64,000 bases of DNA from contig JBITNC010000001.1 in NCBI GenBank assembly GCA_050084985.1, forward strand, positions 164,548,001 to 164,612,000. The letters are read 5' to 3'. The notes below the pieces were generated by a model. It was not told the DNA's origin and searched no databases. It saw only the letters and a program-made list of their open reading frames with translations. This document shows, piece after piece, positions 35,819 through 49,350 of the stretch. Both the position numbers and the translations under genes were made by a program. Each line of letters begins with the position of its first letter. Within the stretch, counting starts at the first letter, position 1. This DNA comes from Nageia nagi (taxonomy: Eukaryota > Plantae > Pinophyta).

Positions 35819-38699
35819 TACGACCTTATGTAAACACATAGGATACGGCAATCAATTGAATAGTGTTATTCATCTTCCAAGAATATAAAATGTAATCTCT
35901 CATTCTATTATTACATCGAGAGGTGTTCTACAATGACAAACAAGGGGAGGTAGAGACCTTATTTGTCACTTGTGTGAGTTTAACAATAATTAAATGGTTG
36001 AAATTGAACCAAAACTCTTTTTATAAATAGATGGTCGAAATTAATCCACAACTCTTTTTTTCATATTTAATTGTTGTAATACGATATTTATTATATTTTT
36101 TTTATAAATAATATTTGTGTGATATTTATTGCATCTTTATATATAATTTTTTTATATTTTTATTTAATAATATTTATATAATGTATAAAGATATTTAAGA
36201 TAAATACCTCAAGATTGATACGTCGACGTTTTGTAAATATATAATTAAGATATCTAAGCTAGTTTAATATCCAAACAAAGCAAATATCTTTCTTTTGCAA
36301 TCTGAGTTTACTTGAACCAATCTCCAACAGAGTATCAATGACTTAGCATACATAATGGATGTCTATCTTTACTTTGTATTAAAACATGTCAGTCCCACAC
36401 TATGTTTTATTTCATTATGCACTTATCTAAATTAGTCGATCTATTGATTAATGATTGTTTTTCATGCTTTTTCATCCTGCATAAGACTCACATGTTAGTC
36501 ACAGATTTCAATACATGTACGAGGAATCAAATTCCTTGAGAGAGCACACCTTGTTACTAACAGTTGTCCTTTGCTGGACTTGTTAATACTCGTAATTGGC
36601 TTGGGAACATAGATTAGTTCACTCTAAGAGATTATATAACTACGAGAAGATCAATGTTCATAGTATATGCAAGACATGCATTTCTAAAATAAACTATGTA
36701 CAATTCGTCAATCACCAATTGATCCCATCAAGTCAATTCTTAATGACGAAATTGTCAAGAGCCTGTAGTAAGAGGATTCATCCTAAACAAGTAGGTGGTG
36801 GTTAACTCACTTCCACTACAGGCTATCTATTTAGATTAGGGTAATCAGTTTATAAAAACTATTGCCTTTTATTTTCAGGATGTACGTAGAAATATATGTC
36901 ATTTACACCTACAGGTTTACTAAAATAGTCTATCCCACGTGACATTTCTAGCCATTTTAGCCATACCTTTATAAATAGTTATTTCAGCATTAGTGTTCGC
37001 CTTTAAAGTTTAAAGTTGAGGCAGTATATACACCAATAAGAGTAATTACTATAGTCATCAATTACCTTGAAAGAACCAACAAAAGATCTGATAAAGTTCA
37101 AGAGAGAGTGGCCATGATTGAGTTAGCCTAGTTGGATCTTGGAGGGTTGCAAAGAATTTCTCACAGCTCACACAATCCTAGATTTATCAACTTGAAGAAG
37201 ACAAGAAATTGGTAATGTATATTTTTCAAAACATATTCAGGGAAAGTGATGATGCTGTCCTCAATAATGACAGAATGGCTGATGAAAGTCAATTTAGGGT
37301 TGGGCGGTGGGGGCAGGGGGCTCCAAGTGACTAAAATATAGTTGTGACAGACACCAATCCTTCAAAGGAACATATTGACAAATACAACGTCAACTATGGG
37401 ACATGAAGACAAATACCGCGTTGATTATGGATATGGTCTTCAGATACAGGCATCACATTTTTTAAGACCTTAGATACAGATACATCTACAAGTACATATA
37501 AATACACACATTTCATAAATTAAAAAATAACATAGAACATGACAAATATTTTTCGTTGTAAAGGTGACAATTTCATTAGTTATGAGTTGTAAAATCTTAG
37601 TTTTTATGGTTGCTTTTTAATTTTTTACTGTACTCCTAAAAATTAATTAACAATTCCTCTTTTTTTTTGAATTTTATAAATCCCATTTTGTTGGTACTTC
37701 TTCATGCACATTGGATTGTATCCTTATGTGCCTCTATACATTATCATATCTGTATGACCGTATCTCTGTGGAACACGTGGATATGAATATCTGGGTAATG
37801 GGGAATTTGTATCTGATACTTTGTTGCCCTTCCTAACTACTTTATTGATCATCTTTGACAAGATAAAAGATAAGGAGCTCTAAAAAAGTACTGAGAGGGG
37901 AGGAATTCAATTTGTAGAAATGCCAATAAACTGAATTAGGCGTCCAAATACTTGTGAATGCATTATCATCCATGGAGATGACAGTTGATTCTGAAGATGC
38001 GTTCAGTATGCATGAATAGTCGGAGGAGGAAACTCAACCTGAATGCTACATTGCAGATGCTGATATTTTATAATGAGTGGGATGTGGAAGTAATGGAGTT
38101 TCGACTTACTCATTCTAAATGTTTCAATCTTGGACCGAAAATAGCAGAACCATGATGGATCAAAGGTTTAATGAGACAATCTAAGACGTGCACTTTCGGA
38201 GAAAGGCTTAGAAGTGTATCTGAATATAATCCTTGCAAAGCCATTCAGCGATTTGGAAAAACTCGGTTAAAAAAACATCTAATATTTTATAAAAAATTAT
38301 TTAAATACAAAATCTTAGTAACAATAGTAATAATAATAATGATAAATTTTTGGTTAAAAATAATAATAATTTGATCAGTTAAATTTTTGGCTAAAAAATA
38401 ATAATTTCGTCCTACCCTGATTAGAATAATAAAAATTGCCTAAAAATAAAATTGACTTAAATTTAAAAAATTATACGCTTAAAAGATAAAAGAATTTGTA
38501 GTAAAAATTACGTTTATTTTATACAATTATATTTTTACATTAAAATATAAATATTGAGTTATTAAAATAATTAAAAATTTAAATAAAAATTAATTTAAAA
38601 GTTAAAAAAAACTTACATATATAAAATTAAAATTCTAAATTTTAGGTAAAAAACCTTGAACTTAAAAATAAAACAAATGCAATCCTAAAAATCAAAACA

Positions 38700-38786
38700 T
38701 AAAAAAAGACAACAATTTTTTTTAAAAAATGAAATATAAAAAAGACAACAATTTAAAAAAAAAATTGAAATATAAAAAAGACAACA
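38700..38786 (+). repeat. ~37-bp tandem repeat (taaaaaagacaaca) x3
   Basis: Directly visible. Confidence 0.75.
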
Positions 38787-40094
38787 GTAAGGCGGCTAGC
38801 TGAGTGCGCCCCTGTGTTGGGTGCCTATGCTCCAGAAATTGACTTTGTCAAAAGACCAGAGTTTTTGGGTAGCCTTAAATATTTCCAAAAGCACATCATC
38901 CAAGTATCTGCCTTCTAATATCAAAATTTTGTGAAGTCCTTGGGATGCGATAGAGGAATTCAACTTCTATAGTCGTCTCCCTAGGCCCTAAATAGATATG
39001 GGTGATCTCAGTCACACAATTTGAAGCACTATTCTTCAAGGTCTGTAGCTTAACATCTTGTGCCTTGCTGCTTAGTACCAGCATATTATTGAAGAGCTTG
39101 AGTGCTTAGCCGTTGTGTTAGGTATATGCCTCCACATTGAATACCTTTTATTTCATCGACAGGTTTCATGCTCATGCTTCTCGTTTTTCTCTACAATTTC
39201 AGTGATAGCCTTTCAACAGTTCTCCACATGTGCATACAGGGCTTGGAAACAATACAAAAGTCCTATTGCACAGACTCTGTGTTGATATCACTATGTGATA
39301 GCCCCTGACCCTTTTGATGTTGGTGAGATTTTCCTTCTTTGAATCTAAAAGTGTTTTTGAAATAGTTAAATCAGATAGTAATCTTCAAGCCAAAAAGAGA
39401 AACCGGTGCTAAAAATGTATCACAACTGGTCTAGACTCTAGCAAATTAACAACACATTGTTCAAAATTGGAGTAGGGAAATCTTATAAGACACACGCTAA
39501 CACAGTTCTGAAACAACCTGACACACGTCCCAGTTTCTATGACAAAAAGTACTAAATAAATTAGCCATATGAAGTCCAACACACATCTATTGATGAAATG
39601 CCATGAACTAGTTTTCTGTAGGCCGGACTACTCTTTCAGTAAATGTAGACAATAAGTCCAAGGAAGTCATCCCCAAGCTGGGGCGAAGAACGATAAACGG
39701 GTTTGGAAGTTTTGCAAACACACAATCCTAGATGTCAGAAATTGCATGTGTGTTGAAAGTCAACTGTATAAAATATTACATTACAACTGTATCCCACACC
39801 TTGTGGGATTTTGTACTATGAGCTTCCATTCAGAATGTCCGATGTACGTATGCTACATTAATTGTTACAATATTGTTGAAACTTTGAAAGTACCCTAATA
39901 AATATGTTTCCGAGTTGGCTAACATAATGATGCATGTATCATTCTCTCACCTAAACTCTATGTAGTGAATCTGAGTATGAAACAGGGGTAAGGCACATTT
40001 GTACCATTAATAGCCTTTTTTGATGTGAATTTACTTTGGCTTTGGCATGTATTTTGCATGCGTTGAACTTATATTGAAATTTGGTTGTTCTCAG

Positions 40095-40174
40095 ATGTTC
40101 TTAAAGAAAAGCATGTAATCGATGGTTCACAAACAGAGGAGCAGCAGACAGATGTAGATGTTGTTGTAAAATAG
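40095..40174 (+). CDS. Putative terminal exon of the USP gene (D)VLKEKHVIDGSQTEEQQTDVDVVVK*
   Basis: Acceptor ttggttgttctcAG at 40081-40094. The phase-1 G at 365 plus AT gives GAT (Asp), followed by 25 sense codons and TAG. The peptide is acidic, like the upstream tail. A T/G-rich 3'UTR-like stretch follows to ~40600. Confidence 0.65.
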
Positions 40175-41208
40175 AACCTGCGGACAGATAATGCCAAAGA
40201 AAAAATGAAGCCTAAATGAATTTTTTGAAACTAGGCAGCAAGTTATAAGGATGTGATGATGCGTATGAAATTTACTGTGTATTTCCTTGTGTTGTTTTGT
40301 GAAGGCTATATGCCCATTTGCAGTCGCTAGCTTAATGCCTTCGATGTCTCAGCAAGAATCAGTTGTACTTATGTTGATTTAGTTTCTTCTGTACTCTAAA
40401 TTCAGGTCCTTTTAAGCTCAATGTTTGAATTGGATTCATTGTCCTTAATGTTTGTACCTTGGTGTTTGCTATGTTCAATTTTCACCATAAGTATTATTAT
40501 ATTGTTTTAGAAATTGATGATTGTTTGTTCATATGGTAGAATGTGTTCTGGAGGATATATTGTTTGCTGTCAATTGTGTGATTAGGTTATCTTACTTGGT
40601 GCTTATCTTAGACTCCTTAGAAGTTTACATAAGAATTAAATATGTTATTAAGTATAATTATTACAAGTGCATAATGATTTAGAAATTAATATTTTGTATG
40701 GAAATTATTTTTTCGGGAAAATTGCTTATAGCTTAGAAATTACGAATAGGGATATCTCTTTCACCAAAGTTTCTTAGGATTTACATTTTATCTCGATCAT
40801 ACTTTTTATAACTTAACAAGACTTTTTGTCATGAACGCCTGATTAAAGGTAGAAAGTTTTGAATATAAATCAAAGATTTTAACCTTCCCACTTTCCAACT
40901 CCTCTAATAATAACTCTCAGAAATTGCAATATTAATTGTTGCTCTTCAACTGAATTAATTGCAAGTATAAACTAGGTACAAATAAGATGGTTTAAAAGCT
41001 ATAAATTAAGAACCTTGAATAGAAGTACAAGTTCAATGAAAGAATATATAAAAAGATACAAATTTTAAAATCAAAATATTGAGTATGAATAAGAATTAAA
41101 AAAAAAGAACTTGTGCCTGTGAATAGAAAAATGTAATTTCGAAGTATTGAAATAATTTGTGGATTATATAAATTTTACTTTTTAAATATTTCATTAATTA
41201 TTAATAAA

Positions 41209-41570
41209 ATTGTAACATTTAATGTTATTTGTGTACGCGGAAAATGCATGTGAACATATGAAGTGTATGACATCACATGAATATTGTAGGAAGTAAAACT
41301 AATTGTAGGTGTTAGTTTGTGTGATTTTAATTTAGAAATTGAATCGAACAATAGTTATGCAATAATAAGACATGTGATATGAAGTACAATATTGTAACAT
41401 TTAATGTTATTTGTGTACGTGGAAAATGCATGTGAACATATGAAGTGTATGAAATCACATGAATATTGTAGAAAGTAAAACTAATTGAAGGTGTTATTTT
41501 GTGTGGATTTAATTTAGAAATTGAGTTGAACAATAGTTATGCAATAATAAGACGTGATATGAAGTACAAT
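41209..41570 (+). repeat. 182-bp tandem duplication
   Basis: attgtaacatttaatgttatttgtgtacg... occurs at 41209 and 41391. Confidence 0.92.
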
Positions 41571-44500
41571 ATGATAAATTGATGAAGTAACATAAATCTT
41601 CTAGTACATATGAAAGAAAATGGATATGTAAGGAACAAATAAAATAAAAAGTAGATAATATAACAATGGTCAAAATTATTTTTAGATGGTTATTTTATTA
41701 TAATTTTAATATTTAAATTATGGTTTTGGGTGAATTTTCTAAATGTATTTGGAAGTTTTTATTAAAGAAAATATGATGTGATATGATATTTTTTCTTTTT
41801 TGAATTATAGGTATAGATCATTTGAGACAATTATATAAAATTATAGATTTGTATGAATTTATGAAATAATCATATATTTTTGAAATGATGATGTTTACCT
41901 TTAAAATGGTGTTATTGATGTGGTCTTTTTCATTCGATTTTAGAAATCATCTTTTCGTAATACATTTTGTATAACTTTGGTTACATTTTAGGGAAGGAGT
42001 ATGAAAAATATATAACAAGGATTCCTCCTAAACTATTGATGGGATTTTCATGTTGATGTTTGGAATATCATAAATAATAAGCAATCATAAAATGCAAGCT
42101 ATAACAAGGTTCATGTAAATGAATAAAACATACAAATGATATCTTTCTATTCCAATGTGTAGAGAGATGTTGAGCTTATAAATGTGTAGATAAGACTAAA
42201 GAAGGGATTATTAATAGTCACATACATTGTGTATCTACATATTCACAAGTTTAATATGTCGCCTTCTTATTTTTTATCCACTTCGAGAAATTTGAGTTTG
42301 GTCCAAATAAATTGACATTCTTCTTAAAATCTTGCTTTTTAAAGTTTGATTTTACATTGCTTATATTAGTGGTAGCAGAAGAATAATTGAAGTCCCTAGT
42401 TTCAAGCAGTACTTTCTATACATTGGTAGCATCATCTCTAGCAAGAACCAAACATTTTTATTATTTGTTTTGACATATATATAAGGGCATCAACATATTT
42501 CTAAACAAAAAACTATAATATCTTCAAAAAATTTATGTTTTATAATTTAACATAATTCAATGAATCCATAAGTGTTACAACGCATCTTTAGTAGCAATTA
42601 GTTCAACAATCCTAGCTTTTCTAGCAATGTTGATATTGAAGTGACTACCAAAAGTTTGGATGAGAGTTTTCAAATAGGGATTGGCTATTTGAGAAAGGCA
42701 TATAACCAACTGAATGATTTGTAAGGATTTGGAAAGAAATTTGCTTGTAGTGTTTTATCATTAAAAAATAAATTTGGCTCATGCATGTAGAGCTAGAGCT
42801 TCTCTTCCTCATAATAACCAATAACTCATAATTAAGGTGATCCTTTTTGGGTTCATTGAATGTGAATTCATTTTTTAATTGTAGTTGATTGATGTGTATA
42901 GTTTATATTATCCATGCTTATATATATATTTGAGAAATTGAGATGTTTAGTTGATTGGATGGTAGCAGGTGGGTTGAAATGAATTAGGACTCAATAATTC
43001 ATTATATAATATCCTTTTAAGTTAACTAAAATTTTCTTTAGATACCACCTAAACCTAGATAAGCTTATCTAACAATTTTTGATGTTTCAATGGCTAAGAG
43101 ATGGATAAGGGATGTTTGTAGTGCTAGCTTGACATAACATCATGAAACAAGCTCAATATCATTAGATTGATTCAAATGTGGTTCTATAATATGAGAGGCG
43201 ATTAGATATAAATGCACAAATAAAGGAAGTATTTCATGAATAAATGTTGCAAAATACACATATTGGGTTGCCTCTTTTATATATATCTTTGCTTTTTATT
43301 GTTATATCATTTAAGATGAATATGTTATTTCATCTTTGCTGCTACTAATGATATAACTTTATGGAATGAATACATATGCTTTATGGAGATGTTTCTTATC
43401 CTCTCATTGCAAGTTCTTTGCATATGATTACACACTAAATTACCATATCTTGTCCTATAACAATTAATGTAAAGAGGGTCAATATACATTATACATTTCT
43501 TTTTGACTCAAATATTTTTGAAGATAGGGTAGTTTTCTATCATTTATTTCCTTTGCAAGCATAATTAAATTTCATTTCACTAAAATTATAAAGGGGGCAA
43601 CTATTGACACCTGATACCTTTTATTCAAATATAGTTTTCATGTTACTTAATTGGTAATATGTTATATTTTAATGTTATATCTTATATTATTATCATTCAA
43701 GCCAACTTATGTCCCCTTTTCATGTTGTTTGTCTTTTTGTGTGCAAGGACCCTAGTGTTGATGCTCTTCTATAGGCATGCATTAGGGTAGTTCTCTCACA
43801 TATAAAATGAGATAACGTACATTGAGAAGACTATACAATTTTAATCTCGATAGTTAAGCTTAATAAAATTATAATGTCTTTCGATGTCACTTATTGATAT
43901 TAGGATTTGTTATCAAACGAACATCTATCATTCATCTTTCTCTATTATATGCTAGATAAGGCTTATCAGATTTATTATACTACTAGGAAACTAGATTGCA
44001 AAGATTAATTTGTAGGAGCCATAACGTTGATATTATCTATTGTGTATACACTACCCTAGGTATCTTTGTAGGTTTATAACTTCATGTTCATTATTGAGTC
44101 TTGCATTCCAAGGTTCCATCTTCGTGACAAGCTAGATATGAACATATGATTGGTCATATAGGTATGGTGAAAAGTATATTGCTCTTGATCTCTTTCTCAT
44201 AGGAAGTAAGTTTGATCTAATAATATGAATATTATTCTCATTGATCTACTCTATTATATTTGAGACATTTCTTTCCTTATTATTTTATACTTAGTCAATT
44301 CATAGGATACACAATTTCATTCTATAATACTTAGTCAATTCATAGGATACACAATTTCATTCAATAACAATTTCCTATATTCATATTAGAAATATATGTA
44401 TAATTAGCTAAAAGCATTAATTTTAAACATCTATAATGAATCTTACTGGTTGAGATCATTATTATTTTCTCTTCTTCGTATGGTTCCCAAGGTGAATATT

Positions 44501-44719
44501 AACTGATGAAGTAAAGTCATTTTATACTTCTTACTCTTCTACCTTCTAGTTTACAATTCTTTCTCTATTTTCAACATTACCTTATTCAGAAAAAGCTCGA
44601 ATCTGTTCCTCCATAAACATTTTTACTTTCATTTGATAACCAATGATGGGATCACTACTATATGTATAAAATAATAAAGAATTTATGAAGACTTGCAAAT
44701 GTTAACTCTGCTTAGGATC

Positions 44720-44884
44720 ATCGTTTGTTGGTTGAGTTGGTCATGATGTGACCCTATTTCATAGAGTGTCCCATTTTCAAATCCCACTAAGAGTGATACA
44801 ATGTACTCCCTACAGTCGTACCATAGACTACTCTTAGTCTCCCGAGGACGTTAATAAAATTTCTTTCTTTCTAGTTCACAAAAA
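44720..44884 (+). mobile_element. tRNA-derived SINE copy 1
   Basis: A-box-like TGGTTGAGTTGG, B-box-like TTCAAATCCC, and a body tgtactccc...ccatagac...ggacgttaataaa shared with 51768-51930. Confidence 0.6.
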
Positions 44885-45169
44885 TGTAAATGTTAACCTC
44901 CTTGAAATTTTGGTGGTTTGATGAAGTTTCTTCTATTTATTTAGGGAATGTACTTCCAACTATCTAAGTATCATTCTCCAAAGCCTCTATTATTCATTAC
45001 CATTTATGATAGCAATTGATCATCAATAGGTATAACTTCAATAGTTTACTTGTTATTCTATGTAAATTTATCCACCAATCATTCTCTATCTTCATTAGAT
45101 GTACCTTATGGCTCTATAGGATGATGTATTTCATCATTTTTAACATTGTTAAGGATCATTATTCCTAAA

Positions 45170-46420
45170 AGACATTAAAATGTATGGAGATATCTTGAAT
45201 ACAATCTTACTAAAAAGTGTTTTTTTGAAGTATTTATTGAGAATGTTGTACAAAAATTAAAATATGCTACTATGCTTTTTAAAAATGAGAATTTTATGGA
45301 TATGATTGCCAAAGTAATAGAATATGAAAAAACATTGGTACAAACTAGTGAACTTAGGTACAATAATAATAATCTCGAGGATAACACCAAGAAGTTAAAT
45401 TTGAAGAAAGAGGATAATATATATAATGCAATTGAAGAGAGTAAAAAAGAATCTCCCAAAGAAAAAAAAAGAGTGAAAGGAAATTCATTTAGTTATAGAT
45501 CAAACCAAGGAAACTTTTTAAGCTTATCTTGAGAAGGGTTTAATTCAGAGAGTCAAGGGTAGATAATTCAAGGACATCGATGAGAAACCCCATTGGTATA
45601 GGCCTAATACATATTGTGGATACCATTAAGTAAAAGTATACCAATAATTGTTATGAAATAAATAAAAGATTGAGTAAGATCTTGGAGAGTGAAAATGTTA
45701 AGTATGTTAATAAAGAGATCATGATTATATCTTATGTAAATGCGACCAATCAAATAATCTCAATGTTGAATATGATCATTCATGGTGAAGAGAAGGAAGA
45801 ACAAGAAAATAATATTGCCATAAGAGAAATAAAGAGAGGAATTCCTAACTATATAAATGCTCAAAGAAATGAAGGACCATTTACTTCTTCCCATATTCAT
45901 ACTTCTTCTTATGATATTGTGTATCAAAGGAAAAATACTCTAGTTAATATTGATATAGATGACTTATAAATTGTTTATGAATAAGATAAGAAAGCACTCT
46001 ATGAAGCATTGAAATCAAAAGAAGTTTTGTTTAACTTAGCGACAAGTATTTTTGTAGATATGATTGAATCTCTTGAATAGATTACTATGATCAAGTTTGA
46101 TGATGAAGAGGTACCTCCACAAGATCATATATATCAAAATATTTGCTTTGCATATCAAAGTTAAAATGTATAATAAACCTATCAAGAATGTGATGCTAGA
46201 TAATGGATCTAGTCTAAATATATAACATCTCAAGTTCATTAAGGAGTTTGAGAATAAAAACTTCCCAAGATGAAGAAGATAATAACTATAATCAAGGGAT
46301 TTGATAATGGAGGAAAATAATATAATGTGTATATCTATATTCTCATCCAAATTGGAACCAAGATAGTTCATACCAAGACCTATGTCATGGATATAAAGTT
46401 GTTATATAGTCTCATTTCAT
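45170..46420 (+). pseudogene. Gypsy gag plus aspartic protease remnant (Tat/Ogre-type)
   Basis: LHIKVKMYNKPIKNVMLDNGSSLNI at 46148-46222 (retropepsin D-N/T-G motif), then IQIGTKIVHTKTYVMDI..YSL. Upstream: a WYRPNTYCGYH zinc-knuckle-like remnant (~45595-45627) and gag-like FIENVVQKLKY. Confidence 0.75.
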
Positions 46421-48739
46421 TTCCACCTCTCAAAAAGAGGAAGGATGCTAAAATTTCAAGACCTCAACATAAGAAAAATAGGAATCTTAGGATAATCTAT
46501 GATTCTTTTCAAATATTCATTAAAGTGAAGGATTAAGATAAATTAGTCAACTTTATTAGTGTACTTAAAGAGGTAAGAGGCCAAGTATGGTAGCTTCCAT
46601 TCTTGTTAAGTTCTTCATTTGTACATATAGGTTTAGATATTTTATTTTTTATTATTTTTCTTGTTTCTTTCCAATTTATTTTATCTTTTTATTCCTTATA
46701 TTTATTTTGATCTTATTAACCTCATAAAAATATAATGTTAACATTAACATCCTTAAGAAAAATACTAAACTGAATACAAGCGTGCTCTTGTATGATATGT
46801 CATTTATCTTTAGTATTTGCCTACATTTGTCATTCAATTTGATGAATCTTTAGTCAAATTTTTATGTTTATTAAGTATGCTTGTCCAATTTTAGTTTCAT
46901 AGTTTTTCATGTTTGCTATTTTTATTTTCAAATAAGAATTTGGCTTTTAAGGTTTTTTGATGGCATATTGCTTGATCTCTTCTATGTTTCATTTTTCCTT
47001 TTGGCATTCATGCTAGTAATCATTTTCACTTATGATAAATAGCCTATGTTTTCATTACAAATACGAATTCATTACTTGCAAAATGTTGCATTTTCTTTAT
47101 CAATTAATTCATATTATTCATGATGGGTGAGATTGATAAATTTTACAAATTTTCAAGTCTTGATCTTTTTTATTTTTCTCATGCATATTTTTTGTTCAAT
47201 TTTTGCATTTAAGGTCATAGATGTTCATGATTTATGATTGTAATTTTTATTTTCTACCTTTCTTACTAGCATTAGACTTTAGTGTTGGAGGTCACAATGA
47301 GCATTTTTTTAAAAATGTTCTTTTATGCATACAATAAACATAGATTATCATGGACCATCATAAAAATTTAAAAATATGTTGCATGCATCATATTGAAATT
47401 AAAATATTAAAAAGTGTCAATAAATGAAGACATTCATTTTTGCATAAGTTGGAACCAAAAAATATCATCTTTTGTATTCATAATATTTTTTTAAAATATA
47501 TATAATGCTTGATGATTTCCCTAATGAAAAAGATAAGCTATGCATTCTTGATGTTATGAGAACTAGATGCAGGTTATTTTCTTGAAGAGGTGTGCATCCT
47601 AGACTTGGAAAGTGATGGTATTTTCATCCCTATTTTATCATCTAGTAGTACTATTTGCTTCTTTAGCAATGTGTCATTTTTCTCTACTTCTTGGTATGCT
47701 ATCACATATATTGTTACTTTTTGTAATATACCAATCATGTTATTCTTTTGATCCTCACTTATGCCATTCATCATGTCTTCATTCACTTATTTATGGATAG
47801 CCAATTGCTTTCAATTTTCTTATAGTTCTTTTGCTTTTATTCCATGATCTTTTTGAGTTCTTCATTATCCTCACTTTTTCTTTTCAAGTTGTTCTTTATA
47901 TCCACTCTTTTCTTCATGAGTGACACATTTCATGTGCAATGCTTCAAGATACTCTTTCAGTTTGGTTACATATGAAACAAGATATGCTTAATATATTTAG
48001 TTTATTATTTTATTTACTATTATGTAAGATAACATACAAATTTATTTTATAAATTGAGTAAGTTTGTAAAGGGGAACAACCTCCATAGGGGCTCCTTATG
48101 CATCAATTGTATCTTGTTCACCTTTTTTTATCATGTTCATCCTCATTCTCTTATTCTTATTCATCATCCTCTTCTTTATTCTTTTCTCCTTCATCTTATT
48201 TTTCTCCTATTGTCATCCCTTGATTTGGTTCTACTTTGGTTGCATTCTCAAGTTCCTTCTCATCATAAATTCAAAGGATATAGGATCAACAATTTGCCCA
48301 CCAATCAATATTTTCTTGATCAAAGGGAGGGTCCTTGTTGTTCTTTGTCACTCTCATTCTTCAAGACATCATCCTATTGAGGTGTCTAATTAGAAATCTA
48401 ATTAGGAGTCATAACAAATAAGTTAGGATTCTAGGCTCATTTTTTGTTGAACCACTCCATATTCTTGGATGGATCAAGTACATTTTGAGCATAAATGAAG
48501 TGGCATATCATGTGGTGGGGTTAGTATGATTCCATACATAGCTTTTGATCCTAAATGTAGTATGAATTATGCTACCATATTTACTCATATACAACCTTAT
48601 CCTGCTCATAATCATGAAATGGATCATATAACATCTTGAAAGTTTGTATATTCTCCACCATTTTCCTCCATGACACTTTTCCCTTGTGCATTCATATCTC
48701 CCTCCTTCTATAGGCCCACCAATACCATGTTGGAAGGTC

Positions 48740-49350
48740 CTCATCCTCTAGTGGTCTAGGTAGATCAAAATGCCTGGATATCTACACATGATAATATGCA
48801 TAACATTGAAGGAAAAAAGAATGAGATACCCACTTTCCATTCTTAGAAATATCATAAATTATAGAATTCATGATAAAATTAAATCAGTATGCATGGGACC
48901 CAAGGAAATTTCATCTCCTTCAACATGTCCTTGACTACATGAAAGAGGCTTCATGAAAAATATTTATGATTTTTATCAAAGTATATGATGATATCAATGT
49001 AGGTATCCATGATGAGATAAACATAATTGGAATAATGTACCTCCCTTTTCATGGTTCAATGAATGAAGTAACCCTTCTTTAGTTGATGGTGATCCTAAAT
49101 CCTCATTAACCACTTAGAGAAAGTTATTCATATGCCCTACATATAGTCCCTCCTTCATATTGACCACTTATCCCTTCATTTTCACTTAGAGAATGTAGTA
49201 TATATCCTTAATCATGAGGGTAATTTCACCTGTAAGTAGGTGAAATATGTTGGTGCACTCTTACCAATTGCCCCATTAAGGTAGTGAGCATATCTTGGTC
49301 TACAAGAACATATGAAGCCTAAAGAAGGTGGCCCATGTTGACACTCCATA
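48740..49350 (-). pseudogene. Plant mobile domain (PMD, MAIN-like) remnant
   Basis: 49189-49266 minus reads W*ECTNIFHLLTGEITLMIKDIYYIL, matching the PMD hallmark WxxETxTFHLPxGEMTITLxDVxxIL. Further down, AYYHV*ISRHFDLP (~48760-48800) resembles ExYxPxRVxRQFG. Confidence 0.7.

Larger units (their letters stand above)
366..40094 (+). other. Putative ~39.7 kb TE-filled GT-AG intron
   Basis: GTAAGT donor at 366 and CAG acceptor at 40092-40094 give an in-frame join. No other intact host exons were recognised in between. Confidence 0.6.

Noticed and set aside
37415-37790. hAT MITE bounded by tggatatg repeats
   Set aside because: GATAC/GTATC motifs are suggestive, but no matching TIRs lie next to the candidate TSD.
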